The notes under the pieces: generated by a model
The model's database searches: none
What the model was told of the DNA's origin: nothing
The model's input: only the letters and a program-made list of their open reading frames with translations
Assembly: GCA_963791815.1 (NCBI GenBank)
Contig: CAWBTT010000002.1
Coordinates: forward strand, 472,086-536,085
Direction of reading: 5' to 3'
Length of the DNA: 64,000 bases
DNA from: an uncultured Candidatus Micrarchaeota archaeon
GTDB lineage: Archaea; Micrarchaeota; Micrarchaeia; Anstonellales; Bilamarchaeaceae
Shown: positions 9,366-18,762 of the stretch, piece after piece
Numbering within the stretch: position 1 is the stretch's first letter
Layout of the letters: every line of letters begins with the position of its first letter
Translations under genes and position numbers: made by a program

Positions 9366-10334
9366 TCACTTCTTCATTTTCATTGATTCTTCAACGACTT
9401 TAGCAATGCCGTCTGAATCAAGTAAGTATTTTTTCAAAAGGTCTTTTGAGGAGCCAGATTCGCAGAAGCGATCATACACCCCGTGCCTCTTCAATGGACA
9501 TGCATTCTCTTCAGCAAGGACTTCTGCAACAGCGCTTCCAAGACCGCCGTTTATCTGGTGCTCTTCCACAGTTACTATGAGTCCACTCCGTTTTGCATGC
9601 TTGAGAATTGTTTCTCGGTCAATCGGCTTGATTGTATGGCAGTCCACCACCGCAGCGTCAATCCCCTTTTCTTTGAGAAGTTCTGCTGCTTTTAGTGATT
9701 CGTAAACCATTACTCCGTGGGCGAATATCGCGACGTCCTTTCCTTCTCTGTATGTGTTGGCCTTGCCGATTTCAAATGGGGTTTCTTCGGTTGTGAAGAC
9801 CGCAGATTTCTCCCGCGAGGTTCTCATGTAGCAGGGAGTATCGGTTGCCGCGGCCGCGATGGTTGCTTTGCGCGCTTCCTCCATGTCCGCAGGAGACATG
9901 ACAATCAGGTTTGGAAGGCACCTTGTGATTGCAAGGTCTTCGAGCGCTTGGTGTGATGCACCATCTGGGCCCACAGTCAATCCAGTGTGTGATGCGTGAA
10001 TGTTGACATTGACATTGTTGTAGCAGATTGCAACGCGAATCTGGTCCCAGTTTCGGCCAGGAGAGAATACGCCATATGCAGATATGAATGCCTTCTTTCC
10101 AGTTGCCGCGATTCCTGACGCGACCCCTGCAAGATTCTGCTCTGCAACTCCAACCTGAACAAATCTTTTTGGGAATTTCTCTGCAAACCAGTGGGTTCGG
10201 GTTGATTCTGAAACGTCTGCTGTGAGCGCCCACACATTTTCGTCTTTTTCCCCAAGCTCAACGAGTGCTTTTCCGAATCCGTCTCTACTGGGTTTCTTCA
10301 ATTCAGGATTGAAAATGTCTTTGATGAGTTTCAT
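9366..10334 (-). CDS. tktC: Transketolase, C-terminal subunit
   Basis: Pyrimidine-binding and C-terminal domain motifs ([39 protein letters not shown]). The likely true start is MKLIKDIF at about 10334, overlapping the tktN stop (ATGA). The ORF track N-terminal extension is not credible. Confidence 0.9.
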   Translation of the reverse strand: MKLIKDIFNPELKKPSRDGFGKALVELGEKDENVWALTADVSESTRTHWFAEKFPKRFVQVGVAEQNLAGVASGIAATGKKAFISAYGVFSPGRNWDQIRVAICYNNVNVNIHASHTGLTVGPDGASHQALEDLAITRCLPNLIVMSPADMEEARKATIAAAATDTPCYMRTSREKSAVFTTEETPFEIGKANTYREGKDVAIFAHGVMVYESLKAAELLKEKGIDAAVVDCHTIKPIDRETILKHAKRSGLIVTVEEHQINGGLGSAVAEVLAEENACPLKRHGVYDRFCESGSSKDLLKKYLLDSDGIAKVVEESMKMKK

Positions 10335-11188
10335 ATTTCTTCCTCCTCGATAAGCTTGCGCACGTTTTCCAGCTCTTTCAAAGCCCCATCCATATCCTCC
10401 TTGCTTGGAGGTTTGCCGTGCCATTCAAAGCGCTGTTCCATGAAAGAAACCGCCTTTCCAGGAATCGTGTGTGCGATTATCATTGTGGGCCTCTCATAAA
10501 CAGCTCTGCTCTCGTTGCACGCATCGATTATCTGTTTGATGTTGTGCCCATCAACATCAATGACGTGCCAGCCAAATGCCCGATATTTCTCTTCTATCGG
10601 TTCAAGGGGCATCACATCCTCAGTGTAACCATCTATCTGGATATTGTTTCGGTCCATGATAACGGTCAGGTTGCCGAGTTTGTGTTTAGCTGCGAGCATT
10701 GCGGCCTCCCAGCTCTGGCCTTCCTGCTGCTCACCATCTGAGACCATGCAGTAGACCCTCCACTTCTTGCGCTCAGCCTTTGCAACAAGCGCCATTCCAA
10801 CTGCCTGGGAAAGGCCCTGGCCAAGCGGGCCTGAGGAATTCTCAATTCCAGGAAGCGCCCCTTTGTGCGGGTGGCCTTGGAGCCTGGAGCCAAGTTTTCT
10901 GAGTGTCATGAGTTCTTCTTTGGGGAAGTAACCGGAGTTGGCCAGCGCAGAATAAAGAACGGGGCAGACGTGGCCGTTTGAAAGTACGTGCCGGTCGCGC
11001 TCCTGCCAGTCTGGTTTTTCCGGGTCGTGATAAAGCACGCTGAAGTATAACGCGGCATAGATATCTGCAAGGCCTATTGAGCCTGCCGAGTGGCCGCTTT
11101 TTGCTTCGTGAAGCATTTTGACTACGTCCTGCCTGATGGTGTTTGCCATCAGGTTGAGTTTCTTGATGTTGTTGGTTCTCTTCATCAT
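10331..11188 (-). CDS. tktN: Transketolase, N-terminal (TPP-binding) subunit
   Basis: GHSAGSIGLADIYAALYF, GHPHKG, SSGPLGQGLSQAVGMA, MVSDGEQQEGQSWEA. Start likely MMKRTNN overlapping the rpe stop. Confidence 0.9.
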   Translation of the reverse strand: MMKRTNNIKKLNLMANTIRQDVVKMLHEAKSGHSAGSIGLADIYAALYFSVLYHDPEKPDWQERDRHVLSNGHVCPVLYSALANSGYFPKEELMTLRKLGSRLQGHPHKGALPGIENSSGPLGQGLSQAVGMALVAKAERKKWRVYCMVSDGEQQEGQSWEAAMLAAKHKLGNLTVIMDRNNIQIDGYTEDVMPLEPIEEKYRAFGWHVIDVDGHNIKQIIDACNESRAVYERPTMIIAHTIPGKAVSFMEQRFEWHGKPPSKEDMDGALKELENVRKLIEEEEI

Positions 11189-11826
11189 TTCGGACACCCA
11201 GACTGCGCGCATTCTTTCAATTCTTTGACCGCTTGGCCAATATCCTCGTTTGCGAATATGGCGCTAGCAGCAGCAAGATAATTGGCACCGGCAGCATAGG
11301 CCCTGCCGATTGTTTTTTTGTTGATTCCGCCATCTGCTCCGATGTTAAGGTTCGGATGAAGTTCGCGGAGTTTCTTGATTTTTGACTCCATTTCCTGGAT
11401 ATAGCTCTGGCCTGAGAATCCGGGGCGGACAGTCATGATTAGGATTTCCTCCACATCTTGGATGTGTGGAAGGACCGATTCTAAAGGAGTCTCAGGATTC
11501 ATTGCAAGGCCAAGCCTTCCGCCAGCTTTTTGAACAGTAGATTTGATATTTTCAAAAGAAGAAACGGTTTCTATATGAACTAGGTGGAGGTGCGGGCCAG
11601 GAGTTGCCTCAATCCATTTCTCAGGATTGTTGACCATCCAGTGGAATCCATAATTTGCTTCAGGAAGGTCGGTGAGGCTCTCAAGGCCGATTGTCTTGTT
11701 TGGGACGAACTCGTTGTCCATGATGTCGATGTGGATTATATTGACATGTTCTTTGACAAGAGAGATGCGGCGCAGAAGCTCCCCCCTGCTTTTGACTAGG
11801 ATTGCTGGTATTATCTCTAGCTCCAT
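11185..11826 (-). CDS. rpe: Ribulose-phosphate 3-epimerase
   Basis: MELEIIPAILV ... HIDIMDNEFVPN ... HLHLVHIE ... GADGGIN. Start taken at the internal Met at 11826. The ORF track's upstream extension is not supported. Confidence 0.85.
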   Translation of the reverse strand: MELEIIPAILVKSRGELLRRISLVKEHVNIIHIDIMDNEFVPNKTIGLESLTDLPEANYGFHWMVNNPEKWIEATPGPHLHLVHIETVSSFENIKSTVQKAGGRLGLAMNPETPLESVLPHIQDVEEILIMTVRPGFSGQSYIQEMESKIKKLRELHPNLNIGADGGINKKTIGRAYAAGANYLAAASAIFANEDIGQAVKELKECAQSGCPK

Positions 11827-12053
11827 TGTTCTCCCGCACGAGAAGTGACTCCCGCAATTATCATGGGCTAGAGAGATAATAAAAACATTGCTATATGTCG
11901 AGGAGGGGGGATGGTGGAGAGCGGTAAATGATGGAAACACTTAAATACATGATGCTCTCTTAAAAAAGCTGCAAAAAATTTGTCGTACTCCCAGGTTTGG
12001 GATTGGAGAAATGCTTTTAAGCACATAGCAAAAAATTGCTAAGAAGATGAAAA

Positions 12054-12476
12054 ATGAAACTTGAACACATACACCTAACTGTGAACGCAAGAATCGACCC
12101 GTCTTTCAAGGCGTTGCCGCGGGAAGAGGCCAAGCGTTTCGTGGACATGTTGCTAAAAGAAATCAACATGAAGCCACTTGGGGATATGAACTGGGCAGAC
12201 GCCGAAGACTTAGATTTCCCAGGCCAGAGTTTCGTGCAGATGATTACTACTTCACACTGCTCTCTGCACTTCTTTGACCATGATGGGGAAGACAATGAGG
12301 TCTATTTTGACCTTTACTCTTGCATGCCCTTCGACACCGACAAGGTGGTCCGGCTGTTGGACGAAAAGTTCGGGCTCCGTGACTGGCATGGTGTTCTTTA
12401 TACCCGTGCCACGGGCGAGGAGCCGCAGCTAAAGAAGATTGAGGGCAAAAAACAATTAGTGGAAATCAAAAACTGA
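12054..12476 (+). CDS. speH: S-adenosylmethionine decarboxylase proenzyme-like (SpeH/SpeD class 1 pyruvoyl decarboxylase family; could be an arginine decarboxylase-type paralog)
   Basis: ITTSHCSLHFFDHDG matches the (E)SHISIHTWPE self-cleavage motif. Length 140 aa. Confidence 0.55.
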   Translation: MKLEHIHLTVNARIDPSFKALPREEAKRFVDMLLKEINMKPLGDMNWADAEDLDFPGQSFVQMITTSHCSLHFFDHDGEDNEVYFDLYSCMPFDTDKVVRLLDEKFGLRDWHGVLYTRATGEEPQLKKIEGKKQLVEIKN

Positions 12477-12503
12477 TTTCCTTTCTCATCCTTTTTCTAC
12501 TCT

Positions 12504-13664
12504 TTATTGGTTTTTGTAAATGTGGACTACAGCGGTAGCGCCGCTTCCGCCCACGTTGTGGCTGAGCGCTGTGTGCGCGTCTTTGACCTGGCGCCCTTCG
12601 GCCTCGCCACGGAGCTGCCAGACGCATTCAACTGCCTGTTTGATACCAGTAGCGCCGACAGGGTGGCCACATGCTTTCAGGCCTCCGGAGGTATTTATCG
12701 GAATCTCGCTGCCAATGGCGGTTTTGCCATCCAAAGTTGCCTGACCCCCTTTTCCTTTCTCAAAGAAACCAAGATCTTCGATTGCCATGATTTCTGCGAT
12801 TGTAAAGCAGTCGTGGACTTCGGCAAGGTCTATGTCCTTTGGAGTCAGGTTTGCCCGCTCAAAAGCCTTCTTGGCAGCGACCTGAGTTGCTTTCAAGCCA
12901 GTCAATGTCTCTCTTGAATGCAATGCAATTGAGTCACTTGCTTGTGCTGTTGTCACTATCTCGATTGGTTTTTTCGTATAGCTTTCTGCCACATCCAGAG
13001 GCGCCAGAATTACTCCGGCCGCGCCATCTGTAATTGGTGAGCAGTCGAATATTTTGAGCGGGTCTGCAATCATCTTTGAACCGAGCACCTGCTCCATCGA
13101 TATTTCTCTTGGGAATTGTGCGTATTTGTTGTGCACTCCATGTTTGTGGTTCTTGACTGCGACCGCGGCCATCATCTCCTCAGTTGTACCATAATCAATC
13201 ATGTGCCTTTTTGCCATGAGAGCATAAAGCGCTGGGAATGTCGCTCCAAGGAAAAGTTCCCATTCCTGGTCCCCTGCGCCTCCAAGAATATCGCTAACAG
13301 TGTTTACACCTAGCTCAGTCATCTTCTCGACTCCGCCGACGACGACAATATCATGCATGCCACTTGCAACTGACATGAACCCCTGGCGAAGTGCAAGGCT
13401 TCCTGATGCGCAAGCGCCCTCAACGCGGGTTACTGGGAGTGGGTTCAACCCCATATAATCTGCGATTAAAGCGCCGATGTGCTCCTGTCCGATAAGGCGG
13501 CCAGACGCCATTGTTCCGACATAGCCGGCATCTATCTGGTCCCCGGAGAGTCCGGCGTCTGTGATTGCCTTGATTCCGGCTTCAACAACAAGCTCTCTGA
13601 AGCCCTGCTCCCAATTCTCTCCGAACTTTGTCATTCCGGCCCCTATGATTGCTACTCTTCTCAT
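12504..13664 (-). CDS. Acetyl-CoA C-acetyltransferase (archaeal thiolase)
   Basis: MRRVAIIGAGMTKFGE N-terminus, active-site Cys region VEGACASGS, C-terminal NVGGSGATAVVHI. Confidence 0.9.
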   Translation of the reverse strand: MRRVAIIGAGMTKFGENWEQGFRELVVEAGIKAITDAGLSGDQIDAGYVGTMASGRLIGQEHIGALIADYMGLNPLPVTRVEGACASGSLALRQGFMSVASGMHDIVVVGGVEKMTELGVNTVSDILGGAGDQEWELFLGATFPALYALMAKRHMIDYGTTEEMMAAVAVKNHKHGVHNKYAQFPREISMEQVLGSKMIADPLKIFDCSPITDGAAGVILAPLDVAESYTKKPIEIVTTAQASDSIALHSRETLTGLKATQVAAKKAFERANLTPKDIDLAEVHDCFTIAEIMAIEDLGFFEKGKGGQATLDGKTAIGSEIPINTSGGLKACGHPVGATGIKQAVECVWQLRGEAEGRQVKDAHTALSHNVGGSGATAVVHIYKNQ

Positions 13665-13719
13665 AAATATTACACCTAATTTGTAGTAAAAATATTGCCG
13701 TGAGCAATTTAAAAAAGTG

Positions 13720-13971
13720 CTATTTCCTGGTTTTGAGCCAGGTTTCCTTGATAAATGGCATTGTCAGTGTGGAAAGCAAGAATCCCATTGCCGGAACCAA
13801 CGCCGCAATCTGTGGGTTCGGTGCCTCGATGAGCAGAAAAAGGACATATGAGAAGAGATATGTGCCTATTGTTATGATGAATCTTCGGAAATAGCCGGTT
13901 TCCCAGGCCTTGTCTGCTTCTACGCGCTGATTTCGTGCCTTTATTTTTTCGATCTCCGCTTCAATATCCAT
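13720..13971 (-). CDS. Small two-TM membrane protein, hypothetical (co-directional with and upstream of the thiolase)
   Basis: 83-aa ORF with charged N-terminus and two hydrophobic helices. No family recognised. Confidence 0.35.
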   Translation of the reverse strand: MDIEAEIEKIKARNQRVEADKAWETGYFRRFIITIGTYLFSYVLFLLIEAPNPQIAALVPAMGFLLSTLTMPFIKETWLKTRK

Positions 13972-14023
13972 ACCATTGAGGATTGCTGAAAAAGATTAAA
14001 AACAAACTATCCAGAATAGAGGT

Positions 14024-15415
14024 ATGGTTGTGAAAGTCAGCAGTGCGAATTTTGATGAAAAGCACGAGGAGTGTGGAGTTGTCGCCATCTATTCCAAGAA
14101 AGGCGCAGATGTTGCTCCGCTCCTTTACCGGGCGCTGATTGCGCTCCAGCACCGGGGCCAGGATGCGGCAGGTTTTGCAGTTCAGAATGAAACTGGAATT
14201 GAGACCAGAAGAGGGATTGGTCTTGTTGACCAGATTTTCAGGCCAGAAGACCTTGAAGTGAAAGGAGATTTTGGAATTGGACATACCAGATACCCCACAA
14301 TAGGAGAATGCAGGCAGTGCGATGTCCAGCCTTCTGTGTATGAAGACATGGCAAGCGCGCACAATGGCCACATATCCAACTACGGCGTGCTCAAGGAAAA
14401 GCTGGAAAAAGAAGGGTACAAATTCACAAGCACTGTTGATTCGGAACCTGTTCTTTATGTCTTCCATTTGCGCAAGAACCCTGAAGCGGCTGCCAAGGAA
14501 ACAATCGAAACTTTTGAAGGTGCCTTTTCAGATGTCGTTATTGCAGAGAAAAAGCTGTTCGTCTTCAGAGACAGATTTGCGCTCCGCCCCCTTGTTTGGG
14601 GAGAGAATGACGATTTCATTTGTTTTGCATCCGAATCCGTTGCTCTTGATGTTAATGGCATACCGTACAAGGGAGATGTGAATGGCGGCGAGTTTATTGT
14701 TGTTGATAAGGGCCAGATTGTTGAGAGAAAGCAGCTGGTTCCGGAAAACAAGAAACATTGCATGTTTGAATATGTTTATTTCTCACGGCCAGACTCAATC
14801 ATCAATGGAAAAAGTGTTTATGATGTCCGCTGGCGGTTGGGTGAGATTCTTGCAGAAGAGGCCCCGGTGAAGGCAGATGTGATAGTCCCGGTTCCAGACA
14901 CCTCCAGAACCGCTGCTGGCGCATATTCGGAAAAAACAGGAATTCCTTATGCCGAGGGGCTCATAAAGAACAGATACATAGGACGCACATTCATCATGCC
15001 GGATCAGGAAAAAAGAATCAATGCAGTAAAGCTCAAGCTCAATCCACAACGCTCAGTCATTGAAGGAAAATCAGTTGTTTTGGTGGATGATAGCATTGTA
15101 CGAGGAACAACTCTCAGGGAGATTGTTAGGCTTGTAAGGAATGCTGGCGCAAAAGAAGTCCACCTGAGGATTACATGTCCCCCTGTGCGGGCTCCTTGTT
15201 TCTATGGGGTTGACATGTCAACATACAAGGAACTGATTGCAAACAAGAAAACAATTGAGAAAATTCGCGAGCATCTTGGGGCAGACAGCCTTAACTACAT
15301 TAGTGTAGATGGACTGAAGAGGGCGATTGGACTCCCTTCTTGCACCGCGTGCCTGACTGAGGAATATCATTCAGAATTTGTGAAAAGGCTTGCAGAAAAA
15401 GAAAAATCAGCGTGA
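14024..15415 (+). CDS. purF: Amidophosphoribosyltransferase
   Basis: ECGVVAIY nucleophile Cys region, PRTase motif VVLVDDSIVRGTT, C-terminal Cys cluster. Confidence 0.9.
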   Translation: MVVKVSSANFDEKHEECGVVAIYSKKGADVAPLLYRALIALQHRGQDAAGFAVQNETGIETRRGIGLVDQIFRPEDLEVKGDFGIGHTRYPTIGECRQCDVQPSVYEDMASAHNGHISNYGVLKEKLEKEGYKFTSTVDSEPVLYVFHLRKNPEAAAKETIETFEGAFSDVVIAEKKLFVFRDRFALRPLVWGENDDFICFASESVALDVNGIPYKGDVNGGEFIVVDKGQIVERKQLVPENKKHCMFEYVYFSRPDSIINGKSVYDVRWRLGEILAEEAPVKADVIVPVPDTSRTAAGAYSEKTGIPYAEGLIKNRYIGRTFIMPDQEKRINAVKLKLNPQRSVIEGKSVVLVDDSIVRGTTLREIVRLVRNAGAKEVHLRITCPPVRAPCFYGVDMSTYKELIANKKTIEKIREHLGADSLNYISVDGLKRAIGLPSCTACLTEEYHSEFVKRLAEKEKSA

Positions 15416-15419
15416 GATT

Positions 15420-17000
15420 ATGGTAGTTGTCGAGTTTGAATATAGGGAGATGAAAAAGCTAATTGACATTCCAAGAGACGAGATGGTAGAGGGATTAAGC
15501 AGTCTTGGCGCCCCATGCGAATATGAACCAGAAACAAAGAAAATCGTCGCTGAGTTAACACCTAACAGGCCAGACTGGTACTCTATGGAAGGCCTTGCCA
15601 GAGCATTGCGGGCATATTACCAGAAGACACATCCCAAGTATTCTGTAAAAAAATCAGACTACAAGGTTGTTGTAGACCCGTCAGTATCCAAGGTAAGGCC
15701 GCACACTGTGTGTGCTGTTGTGCGGGGACTTGAATTTGATGACCAAAGAATCCGCGATGTTGTTCTTCTCCAGGAAAAATTGCTTGGAACATTGGGGCGG
15801 AGAGTGAAAAGGTTTGGTATTGGTGTGTATCCGTTGCATGCAATCAAATTCCCAATCAAATACACCACTATGAAACCAGAGGAAATCAAATACGTGCCTC
15901 TTGGGTATGAAAATGAGATGACTGCTAAGCAGATACTTGAGGAACACAAAAAAGGAAAGCAATATGGGCATCTCATAAAGGACTTTGACAGATATCCAGT
16001 TTTCACTGACGCTGATAACAAGATAATGTGCCTTATACCGATAGTCAACTCTGCAGAAACGGGAAAGGTGGATGAAGAAACAGAGGACGTGTTCCTTGAA
16101 GTTTCAGGGACTTCAATGCACGCTTGCAAGGCAGCTCTCAATATCCTTGTGTGTACTTTTGCTGATATGGGCGGGCAGCCATATGAAGTTCTGATGGAAT
16201 ACAAAAAAGAGAAATTCCATGCTCCAGATCTTTCTGAGAAAAAAATGAAGCTGGACCTCAATGAAGTCAGCAAGATACTTGGTCTTGAGGTCACTGATAA
16301 AATGGCCAAGGACCTGCTTGCAAAAATGGGATATACATACTCGAAAGGAGAAGTATCGGTGCCGCCATACCGGGCAGATATCCTAAGCATGATAGATGTT
16401 ATTGAAGATATTGCAATTGCATATGGATACAATAATTTCGAATTTACTTTGCCAGATTTCTTCACCCCCGGCGTACGGATTGATCCGAATGAAGAAGCAG
16501 ACAGAATAATGCGGGGAATGGGATTCAGTGAGATAAAGACCTTCATACTCACAAATAAGGAAAAACTGGCAGCTGTTGGTCATGGTGGGGATGTTGTTGA
16601 GATATCTAACCCTAACAATGTAGAATATACTGTTGTTAGGCCTACCCTGACAGCAGATATTCTTGATGTTTTCTCCAATAATAAGATGAAAGGACTGCCG
16701 CAGAAGTTTTACGAGTTTGGATTGGTCCAGACCAAAGAAACCAAAAGGAACCTGGTTTTTGGGATTATGGATAAGGAAGTCAAGTTTTCAGATGCCCGTG
16801 GCCATTTACAGACCCTTGCAAGGGAGTTGGGATTAGATTTGAGTTTAGAGAAGAAAGAACATCCGTTGTTTGAAGATGAGATTTCGTGTATTGTCAATAA
16901 TGGCAAGAAGGGAATTGGAATTTTTGGCAAGGTTAATAAGGATGTTCTTGAGAAATTCGGTCTTGATTTCGATGTTTATGTTTGTGAGCTTAAGCTATAG
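15420..17000 (+). CDS. pheT: Phenylalanyl-tRNA synthetase beta subunit (archaeal)
   Basis: MVVVEFEYREMKKLIDIP ... NRPDWYSMEGLARAL. Start taken at the internal Met just after the purF stop. Confidence 0.9.
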   Translation: MVVVEFEYREMKKLIDIPRDEMVEGLSSLGAPCEYEPETKKIVAELTPNRPDWYSMEGLARALRAYYQKTHPKYSVKKSDYKVVVDPSVSKVRPHTVCAVVRGLEFDDQRIRDVVLLQEKLLGTLGRRVKRFGIGVYPLHAIKFPIKYTTMKPEEIKYVPLGYENEMTAKQILEEHKKGKQYGHLIKDFDRYPVFTDADNKIMCLIPIVNSAETGKVDEETEDVFLEVSGTSMHACKAALNILVCTFADMGGQPYEVLMEYKKEKFHAPDLSEKKMKLDLNEVSKILGLEVTDKMAKDLLAKMGYTYSKGEVSVPPYRADILSMIDVIEDIAIAYGYNNFEFTLPDFFTPGVRIDPNEEADRIMRGMGFSEIKTFILTNKEKLAAVGHGGDVVEISNPNNVEYTVVRPTLTADILDVFSNNKMKGLPQKFYEFGLVQTKETKRNLVFGIMDKEVKFSDARGHLQTLARELGLDLSLEKKEHPLFEDEISCIVNNGKKGIGIFGKVNKDVLEKFGLDFDVYVCELKL

Positions 17001-17020
17001 GGAGAGACCCCATACTTCCA

Positions 17021-17269
17021 CTAATCCAAAGCCTCAATTGACTCTGCGATTATTTTGTACACTATAACAGAGCGGCCAAACATTTTGAAGAAATTGTCCA
17101 TAACAGTCTCAAGATTTGTAGGCACAGCTATTGCAGATTTAGTTCTCCAATATTCTTTTTTCAATGGTAGTTTGTTTAAGTGGTAGTAAAAACGCCTTTT
17201 TACCCTGTTGAATTTTTTCTTGTTTTTTGCTTTAATATCGTAAAGGTACAAGACGTGCATAACAATCAC
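17021..17269 (-). CDS. Small basic protein (82 aa, GTG start), possibly Cas2/VapD-like ferredoxin-fold nuclease. Function unknown.
   Basis: N-terminal beta-strand VLYLYDI followed by a basic helix NRVKRRFYYHLNKL, a pattern resembling Cas2. No cas1 or CRISPR array nearby. Preceded by a TATA-like element and a perfect palindrome. Confidence 0.3.
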   Translation of the reverse strand: MIVMHVLYLYDIKAKNKKKFNRVKRRFYYHLNKLPLKKEYWRTKSAIAVPTNLETVMDNFFKMFGRSVIVYKIIAESIEALD

Positions 17270-17283
17270 TTACTATACTTACT

Positions 17284-17301
17284 ATGTAACTATAGTTACA
17301 T
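17284..17301. promoter_or_regulatory. Perfect 18-bp palindrome ATGTAACTATAGTTACAT flanked by the direct repeat CTTACTATA CTTACTAT, between a TATA-like element and the start of the small ORF (putative operator)
   Basis: Seen directly in the sequence. Lies in the convergent intergenic region between pheT and the ACS alpha gene. Confidence 0.45.
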
Positions 17302-17363
17302 AAAATTAAAAACAAACAACACTCTCTGAATAGTGGAATTACGTCCCCTCTCTGTGCTCAAAA

Positions 17364-18758
17364 TTAGACTTTCTTTCTGAGGTGGGCACAATATTCAGAG
17401 TAAGTAACAAGCCTTTCTACTGCCTTTATTGCAGCGTTTGGGGAGTTGTAGCTTGGCACACCATTACTCTCCAAAATCTGCCTATATGCTTCTGTATAGT
17501 TGCCGCCTATTGATATTGTTGCAATCGGTTTACTTCTGTTATCTGATGCTCTTGTAAGGACATGGATGATCCGCTCATCCATTGGAGGCGTCTGCATGAG
17601 CGCTATGATGACCAGAATATCAATTTCATCTGCCTTCATCAAAACATCAACAGCTTTCTGATATGCCTCAATCCCAGAATCAGCGACAAGGTCCAACGGA
17701 TTACCCACACTTCCATATGCGGGCATTATCCTCTTTATCTCCTTCTTGGTTTTCTCACTGAAATCTGCAAGCTTCAAACCCTCCTTTTCAACACAATCGG
17801 TAGTGATAATCCCAAGACCTCCACCATTTGTAATAATCCCAACCCGGTTTCCCTTGGGTTTTGGTTGGTTGAACATCTTTACTATGTCGAAGAGCTCATA
17901 CAAACCCTCAGCCTCAATGACTTTGGCCTGTTTGAATGCAGCATGATATGCAGTATAGCTTCCAGCTATGTTTCCTGTGTGTGATTTGGCAGCAGCCATT
18001 CCACCAGCGCCCTTTCCTCCCTTGAGCACTATGATTGGCTTCTTTTTGTTGACTTTCTTCATACAATCGAGGAATTTTCTGCCGTCTTTGACTCCCTCAA
18101 TATACATCAATATTATTTCAGTCTCATCATCCCCTGCCAAGTATTCCAGATAGTCGCTCTCATCAAGAACCGTCGCGTTCCCATATGATATGAATTTTGA
18201 AATACCAACCCCATAATGGGCTGCAAGGTCAACGACCGCAGAGCCAACTGCCCCACTTTGTGTTATGAATGCGATATTTCCTGCGCGCGGCCGCTCAAGC
18301 TTATACATCGGAAGGAATATGCTGTCCATCTTGCTGTATGGATTAAAGACTCCCAAACAGTTTGGCCCAACAACTGGGAGGTTGTTCTTGATGGAAATGT
18401 TGTGCATTTTTCTGGCAAGCTCATCTGCCCCAATCTCCTCAAAACCACTTGTAATAATTACCAGGCCACCGGTTTTCTTCTTGACACACTCCTCCATTAT
18501 CGGAATCACTGTCTTTGCTGGAGTGGCTATTATCGCACAGTCCAGTTTCCCAGGAATATCACTTATTTTTGAGTAACAAGGTATCCCCAACATCTCCGTG
18601 TACTTGGGATTGACTGGATATACTTTCCCAGGAAATTTACCATCAATGAAATTCTTCAGTATTACATTTCCGACCTTATTTGTCGTTGGCGTCGCACCAA
18701 CAATAGCAACAGATTTCGGATAAAATATCTTGTTCAGGTTCTGGAGTATCTTCTTCAT
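17364..18758 (-). CDS. Acetyl-CoA synthetase (ADP-forming), alpha subunit
   Basis: CoA-binding N-terminus SVAIVGATPTTNKVGNVILKN, succinyl-CoA-ligase-like flavodoxin domains. Start taken at MKKILQN. Confidence 0.85.
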   Translation of the reverse strand: MKKILQNLNKIFYPKSVAIVGATPTTNKVGNVILKNFIDGKFPGKVYPVNPKYTEMLGIPCYSKISDIPGKLDCAIIATPAKTVIPIMEECVKKKTGGLVIITSGFEEIGADELARKMHNISIKNNLPVVGPNCLGVFNPYSKMDSIFLPMYKLERPRAGNIAFITQSGAVGSAVVDLAAHYGVGISKFISYGNATVLDESDYLEYLAGDDETEIILMYIEGVKDGRKFLDCMKKVNKKKPIIVLKGGKGAGGMAAAKSHTGNIAGSYTAYHAAFKQAKVIEAEGLYELFDIVKMFNQPKPKGNRVGIITNGGGLGIITTDCVEKEGLKLADFSEKTKKEIKRIMPAYGSVGNPLDLVADSGIEAYQKAVDVLMKADEIDILVIIALMQTPPMDERIIHVLTRASDNRSKPIATISIGGNYTEAYRQILESNGVPSYNSPNAAIKAVERLVTYSEYCAHLRKKV

Positions 18759-18762
18759 ATTA

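Noticed and set aside
9366-10424. ORF-track N-terminal extension of transketolase C-subunit (MARQTSKQGG...) and similar extensions of rpe, purP, aIF5B, SAM synthetase, ACS alpha, Rad50
   Set aside because: The extensions overlap upstream genes or promoter regions and lack homology. Internal Met starts coincide with family N-termini and with ATGA-type operon overlaps.
12507-12917. 136-aa plus-strand ORF inside the thiolase gene
   Set aside because: Antisense to a highly conserved thiolase frame. No motifs.
15659-16552. 297-aa antisense ORF inside pheT (also 15583..15843, 15681..15971)
   Set aside because: Ser/Ile-rich low-complexity translation opposite a strongly supported PheT frame. Typical shadow ORF.
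17001-17363. CRISPR array or cas genes near the Cas2-like small ORF
   Set aside because: Only one palindrome and a two-unit direct repeat are present. No regularly spaced repeats and no cas1-like ORF anywhere in the window.
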